Positions 55,073-64,000 of a DNA stretch of 64,000 nucleotides are shown here, one piece after another. Position numbers and translations under genes: made by a program. Position 1 is the stretch's first letter. The number at the start of each line of letters is the position of its first letter. The notes under the pieces are model-generated. The model saw only the letters and a program-made list of their open reading frames with translations. It made no database searches and was not told the DNA's origin. The stretch lies in the NCBI GenBank assembly GCA_028700655.1, contig JAQVSG010000001.1, positions 40,507 to 104,506 of the forward strand, written 5' to 3'. This stretch comes from Caldisericia bacterium. GTDB lineage: Bacteria > Caldisericota > Caldisericia > UBA6126.

Positions 55073-55954
55073 TTATATACCCCTGTCTGAAAGTCTATCT
55101 TTGTCATCGATAAGATGAATATCCAAACCTTTCATAGCGTCTCCAAGACCTACAGAAACGTTTGCAATGATGTTTGGTTCATTCCAATGGGCGACGGCTT
55201 CAACAATAGCTTTTGCCATAACGGAGGGATTTTGCGATTTGAAAATACCAGATCCCACAAATACACCATCAGCGCCTAATAACATCATGAGAGCGGCATC
55301 GGACGGTGTGGCTACACCCCCTGCCGCAAAGTTTACGACAGGAAGTTTTTTCATTTCTTTTACTTCTCTAAGCAAACTTGCAGGGACTTGCCATTCTTTG
55401 GCGGCAGTATAGAGTTCATCGTCGGCCATGGAAACAATTTGACGAATTTGAGCTTGCACTTTACGCATGTGTCGTACAGCTTCAACAACGTTGCCGGTGC
55501 CAGCTTCTCCTTTGGTTCGAATCATGGAAGCGCCCTCCGATATTCTTCGAAGTGCTTCCCCTATATTTCGGCAACCGCAAACAAAAGGAATTGTAAATGC
55601 AGTTTTATCAATGTGGTTTTCTTCATCTGCAGGAGTTAGAACTTCACTTTCATCGATATAGTCTACATGAAGAGATTCTAGCACTCTTGCTTCTACAATG
55701 TGACCAATACGGCATTTTGCCATAACTGGAATGGTAACTGCTTTTTGAATTTCTTTGACTTTTAATGGGTCGCACATTCTAGCAACCCCGCCAGCTTTTC
55801 GAATATCCGCTGGCACACGTTCCAGAGCCATCACAGCAACGGCACCTGCTTCTTGAGCTATTGTAGCTTGTTGGGCGGTAGTAACATCCATAATTACTCC
55901 ACCTTTTAACATTTGGGCTAGCCCTCGATTTGTAATAACTCTGTCTTTATCCAT
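55073..55954 (-). CDS. pdxS: Pyridoxal 5'-phosphate synthase, lyase subunit PdxS
   Basis: 293 aa. [42 protein letters not shown], and [10 protein letters not shown]. Confidence 0.96.
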   Translation of the reverse strand: MDKDRVITNRGLAQMLKGGVIMDVTTAQQATIAQEAGAVAVMALERVPADIRKAGGVARMCDPLKVKEIQKAVTIPVMAKCRIGHIVEARVLESLHVDYIDESEVLTPADEENHIDKTAFTIPFVCGCRNIGEALRRISEGASMIRTKGEAGTGNVVEAVRHMRKVQAQIRQIVSMADDELYTAAKEWQVPASLLREVKEMKKLPVVNFAAGGVATPSDAALMMLLGADGVFVGSGIFKSQNPSVMAKAIVEAVAHWNEPNIIANVSVGLGDAMKGLDIHLIDDKDRLSDRGI

Positions 55955-55986
55955 GCAAGTACACTCCTAAATGGATTTTTATAAAT

Positions 55987-56015
55987 AGTATATCACCAAA
56001 ATAATATAGTATTAA
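55987..56015 (-). promoter_or_regulatory. Candidate promoter with a TGn-extended -10 for the pdxS-headed minus-strand operon
   Basis: Minus-strand read: TTAATA (56015-56010), a 17-nt spacer containing TG (55995-55994), then TATACT (55992-55987). RBS TAGGAG lies before the ATG at 55954. Confidence 0.4.
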
Positions 56016-56060
56016 AAAATTTGGGAAATACGCAATATTTCGTTTCATTTCCTTGCCTTT

Positions 56061-57533
56061 TTAATTTTTTTTGATCCATTCTTCTGCTTCTTGTTTTGTT
56101 GTAATATTTCCAACACTTTGCTCTTCCAGAATTTTCTTTTGAAGTTCGCCTACTTTTTTCCCCGGCAAGAGACCTGTAATCTCCATAATTGCATGGCCAT
56201 CCAGTAAGGGTGTTTGGGTATAGATACCGGGAGTAAACACATACTGCAACATGTTCTTGACGAAAGCTTCGTATTGGGGAAGTTCATGCAAAGGAACCAT
56301 TCTTGTTGCATAGGCATCCGCTAAGGCAATCAAAAGAATGGGGATGGAATGGGGAGTGGTGTCACGGAAAAAACGATATTGAGCGCGTAGAGATAAATTT
56401 TCTACTTGGGACAAATTGTGAGGTCGCATATGCCATTGGATGATGTCTGCAATAAATCGAGTTTCTTTGGAAGAAAAACTCATTGCGTGAAGATAATTTC
56501 TAGCTGCCTTTACACCTACATTTTCGTGCTCAAAAAAACGAAGACGATCCTTCACCACCCGAAGAGTATCTGGTTTTCCTATATCGTGGAGGAGAATCGC
56601 AATTTTCATAGAGACTTCTATCGTGCTATCTCCTGCAAGAGATGTTTTTAAAATCAATTGCAATTCTTCTGCAAAGGGGAAATCACCTGCATGGATTCGC
56701 TGGAAAATACCCTCCAAATATTGCAGTCCCGCTTTGACATGGTCTTTTAGTTGCAACCAAGATGTATAGCATTGATCGACTTCAACAAACCATTCAAAAA
56801 AGGGAAAAAACTGTGAGAGAATGCCCACTTCTTCCATGGCAAAAATAGAAATATAACTTTTTGGGTGGGATAAAATTTTTATAAATTCTTCTCGAACTCT
56901 TTCACGAGAACATTGTTGCAATCCTTTTTTGTCCTCTATCATTTGCTGGTATGTGATGGGATCAATGGTTCCTTGAATTTGAGAAGCAATGCGATACGCT
57001 CTTAGAATTCGCAAGGGATCTTCTTGAAAAGTTGAGGGATTGTGCGCTCGAATATTTTTGTAAACAAGATCTGTGGATCCATTGAACAAGTCGATAACAG
57101 GTACTTGTGCAGGGTTGGTTTTTGCATGGTGTAGAAAGAGCGATAGGGGAGTGTACAGAGAGTTGATGGAAAAATCTCTTTGAAAAACATCATCTATGCA
57201 TTCTTCCCCTCGCATACCATTCAGGTCAAACTGAAGAGCATCTGCTTGGATTCGATATATGGAGCGTTCTTCGTCCAAGGGGAAAAAATGACTCTCCATT
57301 AAGGTGGCCAAGGACTGCGTTGCAAACTTTGTTTTTTCCAAGGGTTGAATCATAAAATCCAGGTCTAAACGAGATTTTTTTACATAGAGAGCGGAATCCC
57401 GCAAACATCCACCCACCAAAAAGGGTTCAATATGTTCATCCAAACAATGTTGTGCCCACTTTTCAAGATAGGCAAAACCTTCATTTTCTGTAAGGGTGGT
57501 TACTAGTTGAGTAAGGTCGATTGTTGTTTTCAT
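56061..57533 (-). CDS. cca: CCA-adding enzyme / tRNA nucleotidyltransferase family protein with an HD domain
   Basis: The track start is 57551. I prefer the ATG at 57533 (MKTTIDL), which forms an ATGA overlap with the upstream stop and follows AGGAG. Motifs: GGCLRDS, DLDF, LRILRAYRIASQ, HDIGKP. Confidence 0.85.
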   Translation of the reverse strand: MKTTIDLTQLVTTLTENEGFAYLEKWAQHCLDEHIEPFLVGGCLRDSALYVKKSRLDLDFMIQPLEKTKFATQSLATLMESHFFPLDEERSIYRIQADALQFDLNGMRGEECIDDVFQRDFSINSLYTPLSLFLHHAKTNPAQVPVIDLFNGSTDLVYKNIRAHNPSTFQEDPLRILRAYRIASQIQGTIDPITYQQMIEDKKGLQQCSRERVREEFIKILSHPKSYISIFAMEEVGILSQFFPFFEWFVEVDQCYTSWLQLKDHVKAGLQYLEGIFQRIHAGDFPFAEELQLILKTSLAGDSTIEVSMKIAILLHDIGKPDTLRVVKDRLRFFEHENVGVKAARNYLHAMSFSSKETRFIADIIQWHMRPHNLSQVENLSLRAQYRFFRDTTPHSIPILLIALADAYATRMVPLHELPQYEAFVKNMLQYVFTPGIYTQTPLLDGHAIMEITGLLPGKKVGELQKKILEEQSVGNITTKQEAEEWIKKN

Positions 57534-58444
57534 TCCAACTCCTGTGTCCATCCATTTGTAAAACCAAGGGAGTCAAGGGTTGCTGTAACAGTACCCCATT
57601 CTTCATGGGAGATAGTTCTGTCTAAAGGAGGGTTTTCAAATGCTTTCCATGTAGGAAAATATTGACTCATAAGACTAATGTATACCTTATTTCCTACGAT
57701 TCTGTGAAGAGTATGCAAAAGGGCTACGCACTCGTGTGCATAACCAGGTAAAACGAGCAATCGAAGGAGAACCCCTTTTTGCATTAGACCGTCTTCAAAA
57801 CAATCGTTGGGTTGGATGTCTCGAGCGAGACGGATAATGGTTTCATTGATGGTTGTGTACTGGGTTGCTTTGGAATACCGATAGGCTGTATCATCATTAC
57901 TATACCGTGCATCCAATAAAAAAATATCGCAGAAGTAACGAGACAGTTGGAAAATAGATGGATTTTCCCACCCACTAGAGTTCCATACAACAGGGATTCG
58001 AAGACCTTTTTCTCGCGCTATGAGCAAGGCTTCAAAAGCGTGCGGAAGAAACTGTGTGGGGCTAACCCAGTTCAGATTGTGACAGCCTTGTTGTTGAAGC
58101 CAAAGATAGACGAGTGCCAGTTCTTCGACAGAGTAATCTTTTCCATTGTGTTCTTGGGAAAAAGGGAAATTCTGACAATAACAACATTGCAAAGTACAAT
58201 GGGCAAAAAAAACAGTACCCGAGCCTTTTGTTCCTGAAATAGGGGGCTCTTCTCCTGTATGAACCATGTAGTTTCCAAGCCTAGTTTGTAAACCCGCTTT
58301 GCAAAACCCTTTTTCACCCTTTTGACGGTGTATATTGCATTTTCGTGGGCACAACTGACAATGTTGTAATTCTTCGGTAAGCTGTTCTTGAATCCGATGC
58401 AATTCTTCAAGAGAATAGGAAAGGTAATTAGGCAGATTTTTCAA
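57530..58444 (-). CDS. Radical SAM protein (PflX-like activating-enzyme family)
   Basis: 304 aa with a CX3CX2C cluster in FFAHCTLQCCYCQNF. Overlaps the upstream gene by 17 nt. Confidence 0.8.
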   Translation of the reverse strand: MKNLPNYLSYSLEELHRIQEQLTEELQHCQLCPRKCNIHRQKGEKGFCKAGLQTRLGNYMVHTGEEPPISGTKGSGTVFFAHCTLQCCYCQNFPFSQEHNGKDYSVEELALVYLWLQQQGCHNLNWVSPTQFLPHAFEALLIAREKGLRIPVVWNSSGWENPSIFQLSRYFCDIFLLDARYSNDDTAYRYSKATQYTTINETIIRLARDIQPNDCFEDGLMQKGVLLRLLVLPGYAHECVALLHTLHRIVGNKVYISLMSQYFPTWKAFENPPLDRTISHEEWGTVTATLDSLGFTNGWTQELE

Positions 58445-59057
58445 GACAATCGGCTACATTTCGAAACAGGGAGGAAAGACTATCTACAGAATTCGACTGC
58501 ATTTGTTTGGCTTCGTGTAAAAGCTTGGTTGTAAAATCTTCATCTTTGATAGAGTTTGCGTTGATGATTACGTTCAGATATGCGCTATTGATGGCAGAAG
58601 AAAGGAGAGTGCTGGCGGCACCTAAATCACTAAGCATGTTCTCTTTTACGTCATCTCTTAACATCATCATATATTTTGTACCAATACTACAGGCTTGTAA
58701 TGTTTGGAAAGGGATATCGGCCGCTTTCTTTAATGCGTTTTGCATGGCTTCTTTTCGCTCTTTTTTTTCATCGGGTGTTGATTTTGGCATTTTCATGGTC
58801 TTCATAAATGCATTAAAAGATTCAGCATCTTCATCAATGAGAGAAATTAATTTGTTTTTTTCTTCCTTTAAGGCATCCAAAATGGAGCGTAATTTTTCTT
58901 GATCTTCGGCATAATTACCAACCATTAGCACCAAACTCAAACCAAGTGCTCCCGCCGCCGCAGCAGCAGAACCACCACCAGGTGTTGGGTTTTTGGAAGC
59001 GAGCTCTTTGCAAAAGTCATGAATAGAAAGATCTTTTAGATTCATCGTTAACTCCAA
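58428..59057 (-). CDS. Cyclodeaminase/cyclohydrolase family protein (FTCD C-terminal-like)
   Basis: 209 aa. FCKELASKNPTPGGGSAAAAAGALGLSLVLMVGNY. Confidence 0.85.
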   Translation of the reverse strand: MELTMNLKDLSIHDFCKELASKNPTPGGGSAAAAAGALGLSLVLMVGNYAEDQEKLRSILDALKEEKNKLISLIDEDAESFNAFMKTMKMPKSTPDEKKERKEAMQNALKKAADIPFQTLQACSIGTKYMMMLRDDVKENMLSDLGAASTLLSSAINSAYLNVIINANSIKDEDFTTKLLHEAKQMQSNSVDSLSSLFRNVADCLEKSA

Positions 59058-59063
59058 TTTATT

Positions 59064-59072
59064 TGGTATACT
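59064..59072 (+). promoter_or_regulatory. Candidate TGn-extended -10 element for der
   Basis: TGGTATACT at 59064-59072, 48 nt upstream of the ATG at 59120. The -35 is weak. It sits in a 62-nt divergent intergenic region. Confidence 0.35.
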
Positions 59073-59119
59073 CTTAATAGAACGTATCCTTTATTATAAC
59101 GAAAGAAGAGAACATTAAA

Positions 59120-60421
59120 ATGGTAAAGATATTTTTGATCGGACGATACTCGGTTGGTAAATCATCGTTGTTTAATAGTATCACAAAACAGAGAAACATT
59201 GTTCTAGAAGAAAAAGCTACGACTCGAGATATCATTCGATACGAAATGGAATGGGGTCAAAAGAGCATTCGTGTGGCGGATTCAGCAGGCTTAGAAGATG
59301 TTTCATCTGTGCGTGAACTCGATGAACAACAAAAATTAATGGTGGATGAAATGCAAAAGTCAGATGTTATTCTGATGGTTGTTGATGGAGCACATGGCGT
59401 GCATCCACAAGATGAACAGCTAGTCGCATTTCTTCGCAAAGTTGGTCTCTATGAGCGGACTATACTGGTTGTGAATAAAGCGGACAAAAAGAAGAATTAT
59501 GATGAAAATGACTTCTACCGCCTTGGTTTTCAAGATATTTATCCAGTATCTGCTGTATCCAATTACGGTGTATACGAGCTTCTTGATGCTTGTGTTGAAA
59601 AAGGACAGGAATCGCCTATTCCCGAAGAAGAACCCGAGGAATTTCCCGCTATTGCTTTGCTGGGGAAACCAAATGTAGGGAAGTCCACTTTGTTTAATAG
59701 TGTCCTAGGGCAAATACGTTCTTATGTACAAAATGAAGAGTTTACAACCCGAGATCCTATCCAAGAACGCACGATTTACAAGGGACAAGAATACAAGTTC
59801 ATTGACACCGCAGGAATTCGATCCAAATGGATGCATGAATTTGGCCCGATCTATCTGAGTATGAAACGAGCGGAAGGCATTGTAAAAACAGCAGACATTG
59901 CTTTGCTGATGGTCGATGGAACCGAAGCCATTAGCAGAGAAGATCAGAAAATTGCACAAACCATACAAGCCAATGGAAAAGCATGCATTATTTTAGTCAA
60001 CAAAAAAGATCAGATAGGCGATCCCCATGAAGTGTTGTGGAACATTCGAACCCGCCTTCGATTTTTAGCCTATTCTCCCGTTGTTTTTATTTCTGCAAAA
60101 CAGGGACAAGGCATGGACGAAATGTTTGCCACAATTCAAAAAACCTATACTTCGTATTCAACCCGACTCACTACACATGAAGTCAACAAAATGATTCGTA
60201 GAATCATTGTGGACAATCCCATTCAAATGGGAGAACGAAAAATCCTGTATGTTACTCAATATGCTTCAAAACCCCCACGGTTTGTATTTTTTGTGAATCG
60301 ACCCAAAATGTTTACACAACCCTATATTAATTTTTTCAAGAACAAGATTATAGAAACCATGAAGCTTACAGGAACACCTGTTGTGATTCGCATTCGAGAT
60401 CGGAAAGGCGAGAATGAATGA
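59120..60421 (+). CDS. der: Ribosome biogenesis GTPase Der (EngA)
   Basis: 433 aa with two G domains (GRYSVGKSSLFN ... NKAD; GKPNVGKSTLFN ... DTAGIR ... NKKD) and a KH-like C-terminus. Confidence 0.93.
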   Translation: MVKIFLIGRYSVGKSSLFNSITKQRNIVLEEKATTRDIIRYEMEWGQKSIRVADSAGLEDVSSVRELDEQQKLMVDEMQKSDVILMVVDGAHGVHPQDEQLVAFLRKVGLYERTILVVNKADKKKNYDENDFYRLGFQDIYPVSAVSNYGVYELLDACVEKGQESPIPEEEPEEFPAIALLGKPNVGKSTLFNSVLGQIRSYVQNEEFTTRDPIQERTIYKGQEYKFIDTAGIRSKWMHEFGPIYLSMKRAEGIVKTADIALLMVDGTEAISREDQKIAQTIQANGKACIILVNKKDQIGDPHEVLWNIRTRLRFLAYSPVVFISAKQGQGMDEMFATIQKTYTSYSTRLTTHEVNKMIRRIIVDNPIQMGERKILYVTQYASKPPRFVFFVNRPKMFTQPYINFFKNKIIETMKLTGTPVVIRIRDRKGENE

Positions 60422-61422
60422 ACCCCTCTGCTATTTCAGTTCTTGGTGCAGGGGCATGGGGAACAACAATGGGGCGGTTGTTAGCCAAAAAAGGAGTTCC
60501 CATCACTTTGTGGACACACGAAAGTGCCGTTGAACAAGAGATTAACCAGCACCATGAGAATAGAAGCTATCTACAAGGCGTCCCATTGCCTAAGGAAATG
60601 GTTTGTACAACATCGATCGAAGAGGCTGTACAAAACAAACATTTAATCCTCATTGCGCAACCTTCCAAGTTTATACCCGCTCTTGTTTCTCAAATGAAAC
60701 CTTTCCTTTCGCCAAAAACCTCCATTACGATTCTTACTAAAGGTTTGATACATGGACAGAAAGTGCAGCTTCTTGCCGACTATTTTGCCGCAGAAACGTC
60801 TCTGTCCATGGATCGTATCTTTGTTCTTTCAGGACCCAATTTTGCCATTGAAATTGCCCATGATTTACCCGCTTGCACCACGCTAGCGGGAGTCCATCAA
60901 GCTCGTTTGGAAGAATTCCAAACTCTTTTTTCTCAACCCCAATTCCGTGTATATGCCAACACAGATATGATTGGAGTGCAACTTGGTGGACCTATGAAAA
61001 ATGTGATCGCGGTTGTGGCTGGCATTCTTGCTGGCATGAACATCGGCCAAAACATTCATGCAGCACTTCTAATTCGCGGAACACAAGAAATGAAAAGACT
61101 TTTAAGTGCTATTGGAGCTAACGACGAAACAATTTATGGATTGGCTTGTTTAGGAGATTTAATCCTAACAAGTTCTTCTTCAAAAAGCCGGAATTATTGG
61201 GCAGGGCTTCAGTTGGCACAAGGTACTTCTCCCGAATATCTTGTCAAAGAATCTGGGAAAACCATAGAAGGCATCGATAATTTGGAAGCTCTTATTTCAT
61301 TGGCGGAATCATTTCACGTTGAAATGCCTATCTCGATGATGTTACAGAATGTCCTTTTTCATGAGAAAAACCCACAAGAAGGTATATACGATTTAATGAA
61401 TCGACAATTGAAATACGAGTAG
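60418..61422 (+). CDS. gpsA: NAD(P)H-dependent glycerol-3-phosphate dehydrogenase
   Basis: 334 aa. ATGA overlap with der. VLGAGAWGTTMG, GPNFAIEIA, GGPMKNVIAV. Confidence 0.93.
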   Translation: MNPSAISVLGAGAWGTTMGRLLAKKGVPITLWTHESAVEQEINQHHENRSYLQGVPLPKEMVCTTSIEEAVQNKHLILIAQPSKFIPALVSQMKPFLSPKTSITILTKGLIHGQKVQLLADYFAAETSLSMDRIFVLSGPNFAIEIAHDLPACTTLAGVHQARLEEFQTLFSQPQFRVYANTDMIGVQLGGPMKNVIAVVAGILAGMNIGQNIHAALLIRGTQEMKRLLSAIGANDETIYGLACLGDLILTSSSSKSRNYWAGLQLAQGTSPEYLVKESGKTIEGIDNLEALISLAESFHVEMPISMMLQNVLFHEKNPQEGIYDLMNRQLKYE

Positions 61423-61437
61423 TATTTGCTTTTTTTT
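61411..61437 (+). terminator. Weak candidate rho-independent terminator overlapping the gpsA stop
   Basis: AAATAC (61411-61416) / GTATTT (61422-61427), a 5-nt loop, then GC and T8 (61430-61437). The stem is short and AT-rich. Confidence 0.3.
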
Positions 61438-61479
61438 CGATTTGGATATAATGAAATACGTGTTTTCAACAATTACCGT

Positions 61480-61557
61480 CGGAGCGTGGCGCAGTTTGGC
61501 TAGCGCACCAGCATGGGGTGCTGGGGGTCGGAAGTTCGAATCTTCTCGCTCCGACCA
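61480..61557 (+). tRNA. tRNA-Pro (anticodon GGG) with genomically encoded 3' CCA
   Basis: CGGAGCG TG GCGC AGTTTGGCTA GCGC A CCAGC ATGGGGT GCTGG GGGTC GGAAG TTCGAAT CTTCT CGCTCCG A CCA. Confidence 0.93.
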
Positions 61558-61579
61558 TCTTTCTTTCCTATTTCAATTT

Positions 61580-61653
61580 CGGGGAGTGGCTCAGTTTGGT
61601 AGAGCGCTTGGTTCGGGATCAAGAGGTCGGAAGTTCAAATCTTCTCTCCCCGA
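61580..61653 (+). tRNA. tRNA-Pro (anticodon CGG), no encoded CCA
   Basis: CGGGGAG TG GCTC AGTTTGGTA GAGC G CTTGG TTCGGGA TCAAG AGGTC GGAAG TTCAAAT CTTCT CTCCCCG A, followed by TAT. Confidence 0.93.
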
Positions 61654-61761
61654 TATCTCTTCGGAATTCTCTTTTTTCCATCCTGCATTTTTTGGAATTT
61701 GGCCTATACTATTGCCATACTTGAATATAATATTGTCCCTACGACTGAAAGGAGATTGGGC

Positions 61762-63519
61762 ATGAGTAGCGAAAATCATTCTTTAGAAGCGTTGCGTCAC
61801 TCTGCTTCCCATGTATTGGCGCAAGCAGTAAAACGTTTGTATCCGGAGGTGAAATTGGGCATTGGCCCCTCCACAGATACAGGTTTCTACTATGATTTTG
61901 ATCGAGACATCTCCTTTGTTCCAGAAGACCTTGAGAGGATTCAGGAAGAAATGGAAAAAATCGTGAAAGAAAACATACCCATCCAGCGAAGCGAGCTTTC
62001 ACGGGACGACGCAAAAAAACAACTAGAAGAACAGGGCGAGACATATAAACTAGAACTTCTTCAAGACATTCCCGACGATGAAACCATTGGAATGTATACA
62101 CAAGGAGAATTTACCGATATGTGTAAGGGCCCCCATCTATCTTCTACGGGGCACGTACGGTATTTTCAATTGTTGTCTCTGGCAGGAGCTTATTGGAGAG
62201 GAAAAGAAACCAATCCGATGTTGCAAAGAATCTATGGGACGGCTTTTTTTGACAAAAAAGAATTAAAGCACCACTTAGCCATGCTAGAAGAAGCAAAAAA
62301 GCGCGACCACCGAAAAGTTGGCAAAGAATTAAAGATATTCATTTTTGAAGAACAAGTCGGTGCAGGATTTCCTATCTGGCTGCCAAAAGGAGCGTCTCTA
62401 CTGGGGATGATTGAGGAGTACGATAAGAAAAAACATATTGAAGCTGGTTATCAGGAAGTACGCACACCACACCTAGGGCTTGTCGATTTATGGAAAACCT
62501 CGGGCCATTATGATCATTATCTAGAAACCATGTTTCCTCCCATGGAGAGAGACCACCAGACATTTATGGTAAAACCCATGAATTGTCCTTTTCACCTAAC
62601 CGTCTATAAATCAGAACTTCGAAGCTATCGAGAATTGCCTATACGGTATTTTGAGTTAGCCAATGTATATCGGTATGAAAAGTCGGGTGTTTTACACGGG
62701 CTTCTACGTGTTCGGAGTTTTGAACAAGATGATGCCCACGTATTTTGCACTCCCGATCAACTGGAAACCGAACTCAACAGCATTCGAAAATTTTCTATTG
62801 ATCTATTCAAAGATTTTGGGTTCACCGATTTACAAATTTTTGTAAGTGTTCGGGATCAAGCTCACATAGATGCTGGAAAATATACAGGCGATCCGGAACA
62901 ATGGGATCATATTGAAAAAGAGTTTATCTCGATTGTAGAGCGAATGGGAATTCCATACCAAATTGATCCAGGGGAAGCAAAATTTTATGGCCCCGCCATT
63001 GATATTAAAGTAAAAGATGCACTGGGAAGATTATGGCAGTGTACAACCATTCAGGTTGATTTTAACCTTCCCCAAAAATTTGGCTTAACCTATGTTGGAG
63101 AAGATGGACAAGAGCATGTTCCCTATATGCTTCATACCGCTACTTTGGGGTCTATGGAACGCTTCATTGCGATTCTATTAGAACAATATGCCGGGAATCT
63201 GCCCTTGTGGATTTCTCCCGAACAAGCGCGTATTATTCCCATTTCAGATGACGTTATACCCTATGCTCAACAGGTATGTGCAATGCTTCGCAAGCACAAT
63301 ATTCGCGTGATTGTGGATGAGAATAATGAAAGAATGAACGCGAAAGTTCGTAAAGGAGAAATGGAAAAAGTACCCTACTTGTTGATTGTTGGGAAAAGCG
63401 AAGAAGAACAGCAAACCGTGTCTGTTCGAAAACGCCACAGAAACAACCTCGGAACGATGTCTATAGAAGATATTGTGAAAAGGATATTACAAGACATTGA
63501 AGAAAAGGCTATTTCCTAG
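61762..63519 (+). CDS. thrS: Threonine--tRNA ligase lacking the N-terminal TGS domain
   Basis: The ATG at 61762 follows AAAGGAG (61748-61754). The protein begins MSSENHSLEALRHSASHVLAQAVKRLYPEVKLGIGPSTDTGFYYDF (editing-domain HxxxH region). Class II core: KRDHRKVGKEL, RVRSFEQDDAHVF, HTATLGSMERF. Confidence 0.93.
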   Translation: MSSENHSLEALRHSASHVLAQAVKRLYPEVKLGIGPSTDTGFYYDFDRDISFVPEDLERIQEEMEKIVKENIPIQRSELSRDDAKKQLEEQGETYKLELLQDIPDDETIGMYTQGEFTDMCKGPHLSSTGHVRYFQLLSLAGAYWRGKETNPMLQRIYGTAFFDKKELKHHLAMLEEAKKRDHRKVGKELKIFIFEEQVGAGFPIWLPKGASLLGMIEEYDKKKHIEAGYQEVRTPHLGLVDLWKTSGHYDHYLETMFPPMERDHQTFMVKPMNCPFHLTVYKSELRSYRELPIRYFELANVYRYEKSGVLHGLLRVRSFEQDDAHVFCTPDQLETELNSIRKFSIDLFKDFGFTDLQIFVSVRDQAHIDAGKYTGDPEQWDHIEKEFISIVERMGIPYQIDPGEAKFYGPAIDIKVKDALGRLWQCTTIQVDFNLPQKFGLTYVGEDGQEHVPYMLHTATLGSMERFIAILLEQYAGNLPLWISPEQARIIPISDDVIPYAQQVCAMLRKHNIRVIVDENNERMNAKVRKGEMEKVPYLLIVGKSEEEQQTVSVRKRHRNNLGTMSIEDIVKRILQDIEEKAIS

Positions 63520-63539
63520 ATTTATGAAACGACGATCGC

Positions 63540-63568
63540 TTGACTTTATAAGGAAGTTTTTGTAAAAC
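63540..63568 (+). promoter_or_regulatory. Candidate promoter for infC
   Basis: TTGACT (63540-63545), a 17-nt spacer, then TAAAAC (63563-63568) preceded by TG. It lies about 30 nt upstream of the infC start. Confidence 0.4.
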
Positions 63569-63599
63569 TATTAAGAATTTATTTGCATGGAGGTATTAT

Positions 63600-64000
63600 A
63601 TTAAACATCAGCATAGAATTAATGGAAGCATTGGCGCAAGACAGGTCAGGTTAATCGATGAAGACGGAGGCCAAGTCGGAATCGTAGACACAATATCCGC
63701 GCTCAATATGGCTAGAAATCGAGGTTATGATCTTGTTGAAATTGCACCAGATGCAAAACCTCCCGTTTGCAAAATTATGGATTATGGCAAGTTTGTCTAT
63801 GATTTGGCTAAGAAAAACCGGGAAGCAAAGAAAAAACAAGTTCATAATGATTTAAAAATCTGCAAAATTGGTTTAAACATAGCAGAAGGAGACTTTGACG
63901 TCAGAATGAAACGGGTTTCAAAATTTCTCCAAAATGGAGATAAGGTGAAGCTTATTGTGATGTTCAGAGGAAGAGAGATTATCTACAAGAAGCAAGGTTT
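63600..64000 (+). CDS. infC: Translation initiation factor IF-3, ATT start codon, 3' end outside the window
   Basis: Not in the ORF track because it has no ATG/GTG/TTG start. GGAGG at 63589-63593 is followed 6 nt later by ATT (63600). The frame reads (M)KHQHRINGSIGARQVRLIDEDGGQVGIVDTISALNMARNRGYDLVEIAPDAKPPVCKIMDYGKFVYD...LIVMFRGREIIYKKQG. Confidence 0.9.
   Translation, partial: MKHQHRINGSIGARQVRLIDEDGGQVGIVDTISALNMARNRGYDLVEIAPDAKPPVCKIMDYGKFVYDLAKKNREAKKKQVHNDLKICKIGLNIAEGDFDVRMKRVSKFLQNGDKVKLIVMFRGREIIYKKQG

Noticed and set aside
56016-56060. The hairpin GAAATA-N5-TATTTC near 56030-56046 as a terminator for cca.
   Set aside because: The stem is only 6 bp and all A-T except for one pair, and the T-tract on the minus strand is separated from the stem. 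It is too weak to call.
61654-61761. A T-box leader or other riboswitch upstream of thrS.
   Set aside because: Only 108 nt are available between tRNA-Pro and the thrS start. That is far shorter than a T-box, and I saw no specifier-loop or T-box consensus.
61442-61779. ORFs 61442..61765(+), 61518..61724(+) and 61591..61779(-).
   Set aside because: They are read through two canonical tRNA-Pro cloverleaves, so they are artefacts of the six-frame translation.
1-64000. CRISPR arrays, transposases, integrases, prophage or toxin-antitoxin/defence genes, especially next to the tRNA genes and the AAA+ ATPase.
   Set aside because: I recognised no direct-repeat/spacer arrays and no transposase, integrase or recombinase motifs on either strand. 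The tRNA genes are flanked by housekeeping genes with short spacers.

Overview
The window has two parts. Bases 1-41,050 are an accessory cell-surface locus. Bases 41,100-64,000 are conserved housekeeping genes.

The surface locus encodes six Sec-signal proteins that carry copper-amine-oxidase-N-terminal-like (CuAO-N) domains:
- a 5'-truncated propeller protein;
- a 2,214-aa protein with a gingipain-like (C25) cysteine peptidase domain;
- four paralogs of 553, 1,161, 3,612 and 2,546 aa.

The four paralogs are built from a ~130-170 aa module that I cannot assign to a named family. They share one C-terminal cassette. The locus also contains an ECF sigma/anti-sigma pair heading a translationally coupled operon, two paralogous processive family-2 glycosyltransferases, a GAF protein and an AAA+/DUF4143 ATPase. 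A shared TGAACC-N17/18-TATTAT motif lies upstream of both the sigma gene and the giant genes.

The housekeeping part contains, on the plus strand, trxA and rimP-nusA-infB-DUF503-rbfA-nrnA-like-truB-ribF. A minus-strand block carries pdxS-pdxT-yebC-ruvC-ruvA-ftsB-like-tRNA(CAT)-tilS-hpt-ftsH. A second minus-strand operon carries cyclodeaminase-radical SAM-cca. These are followed by der-gpsA, two tRNA-Pro genes, thrS and infC (ATT start).

I saw no CRISPR array, transposase or integrase. The gene order, strong GGAGG ribosome-binding sites, TGn-extended -10 boxes and abundant CuAO-N domains look Firmicutes/Clostridia-like. Taxonomy cannot be settled from the sequence alone.
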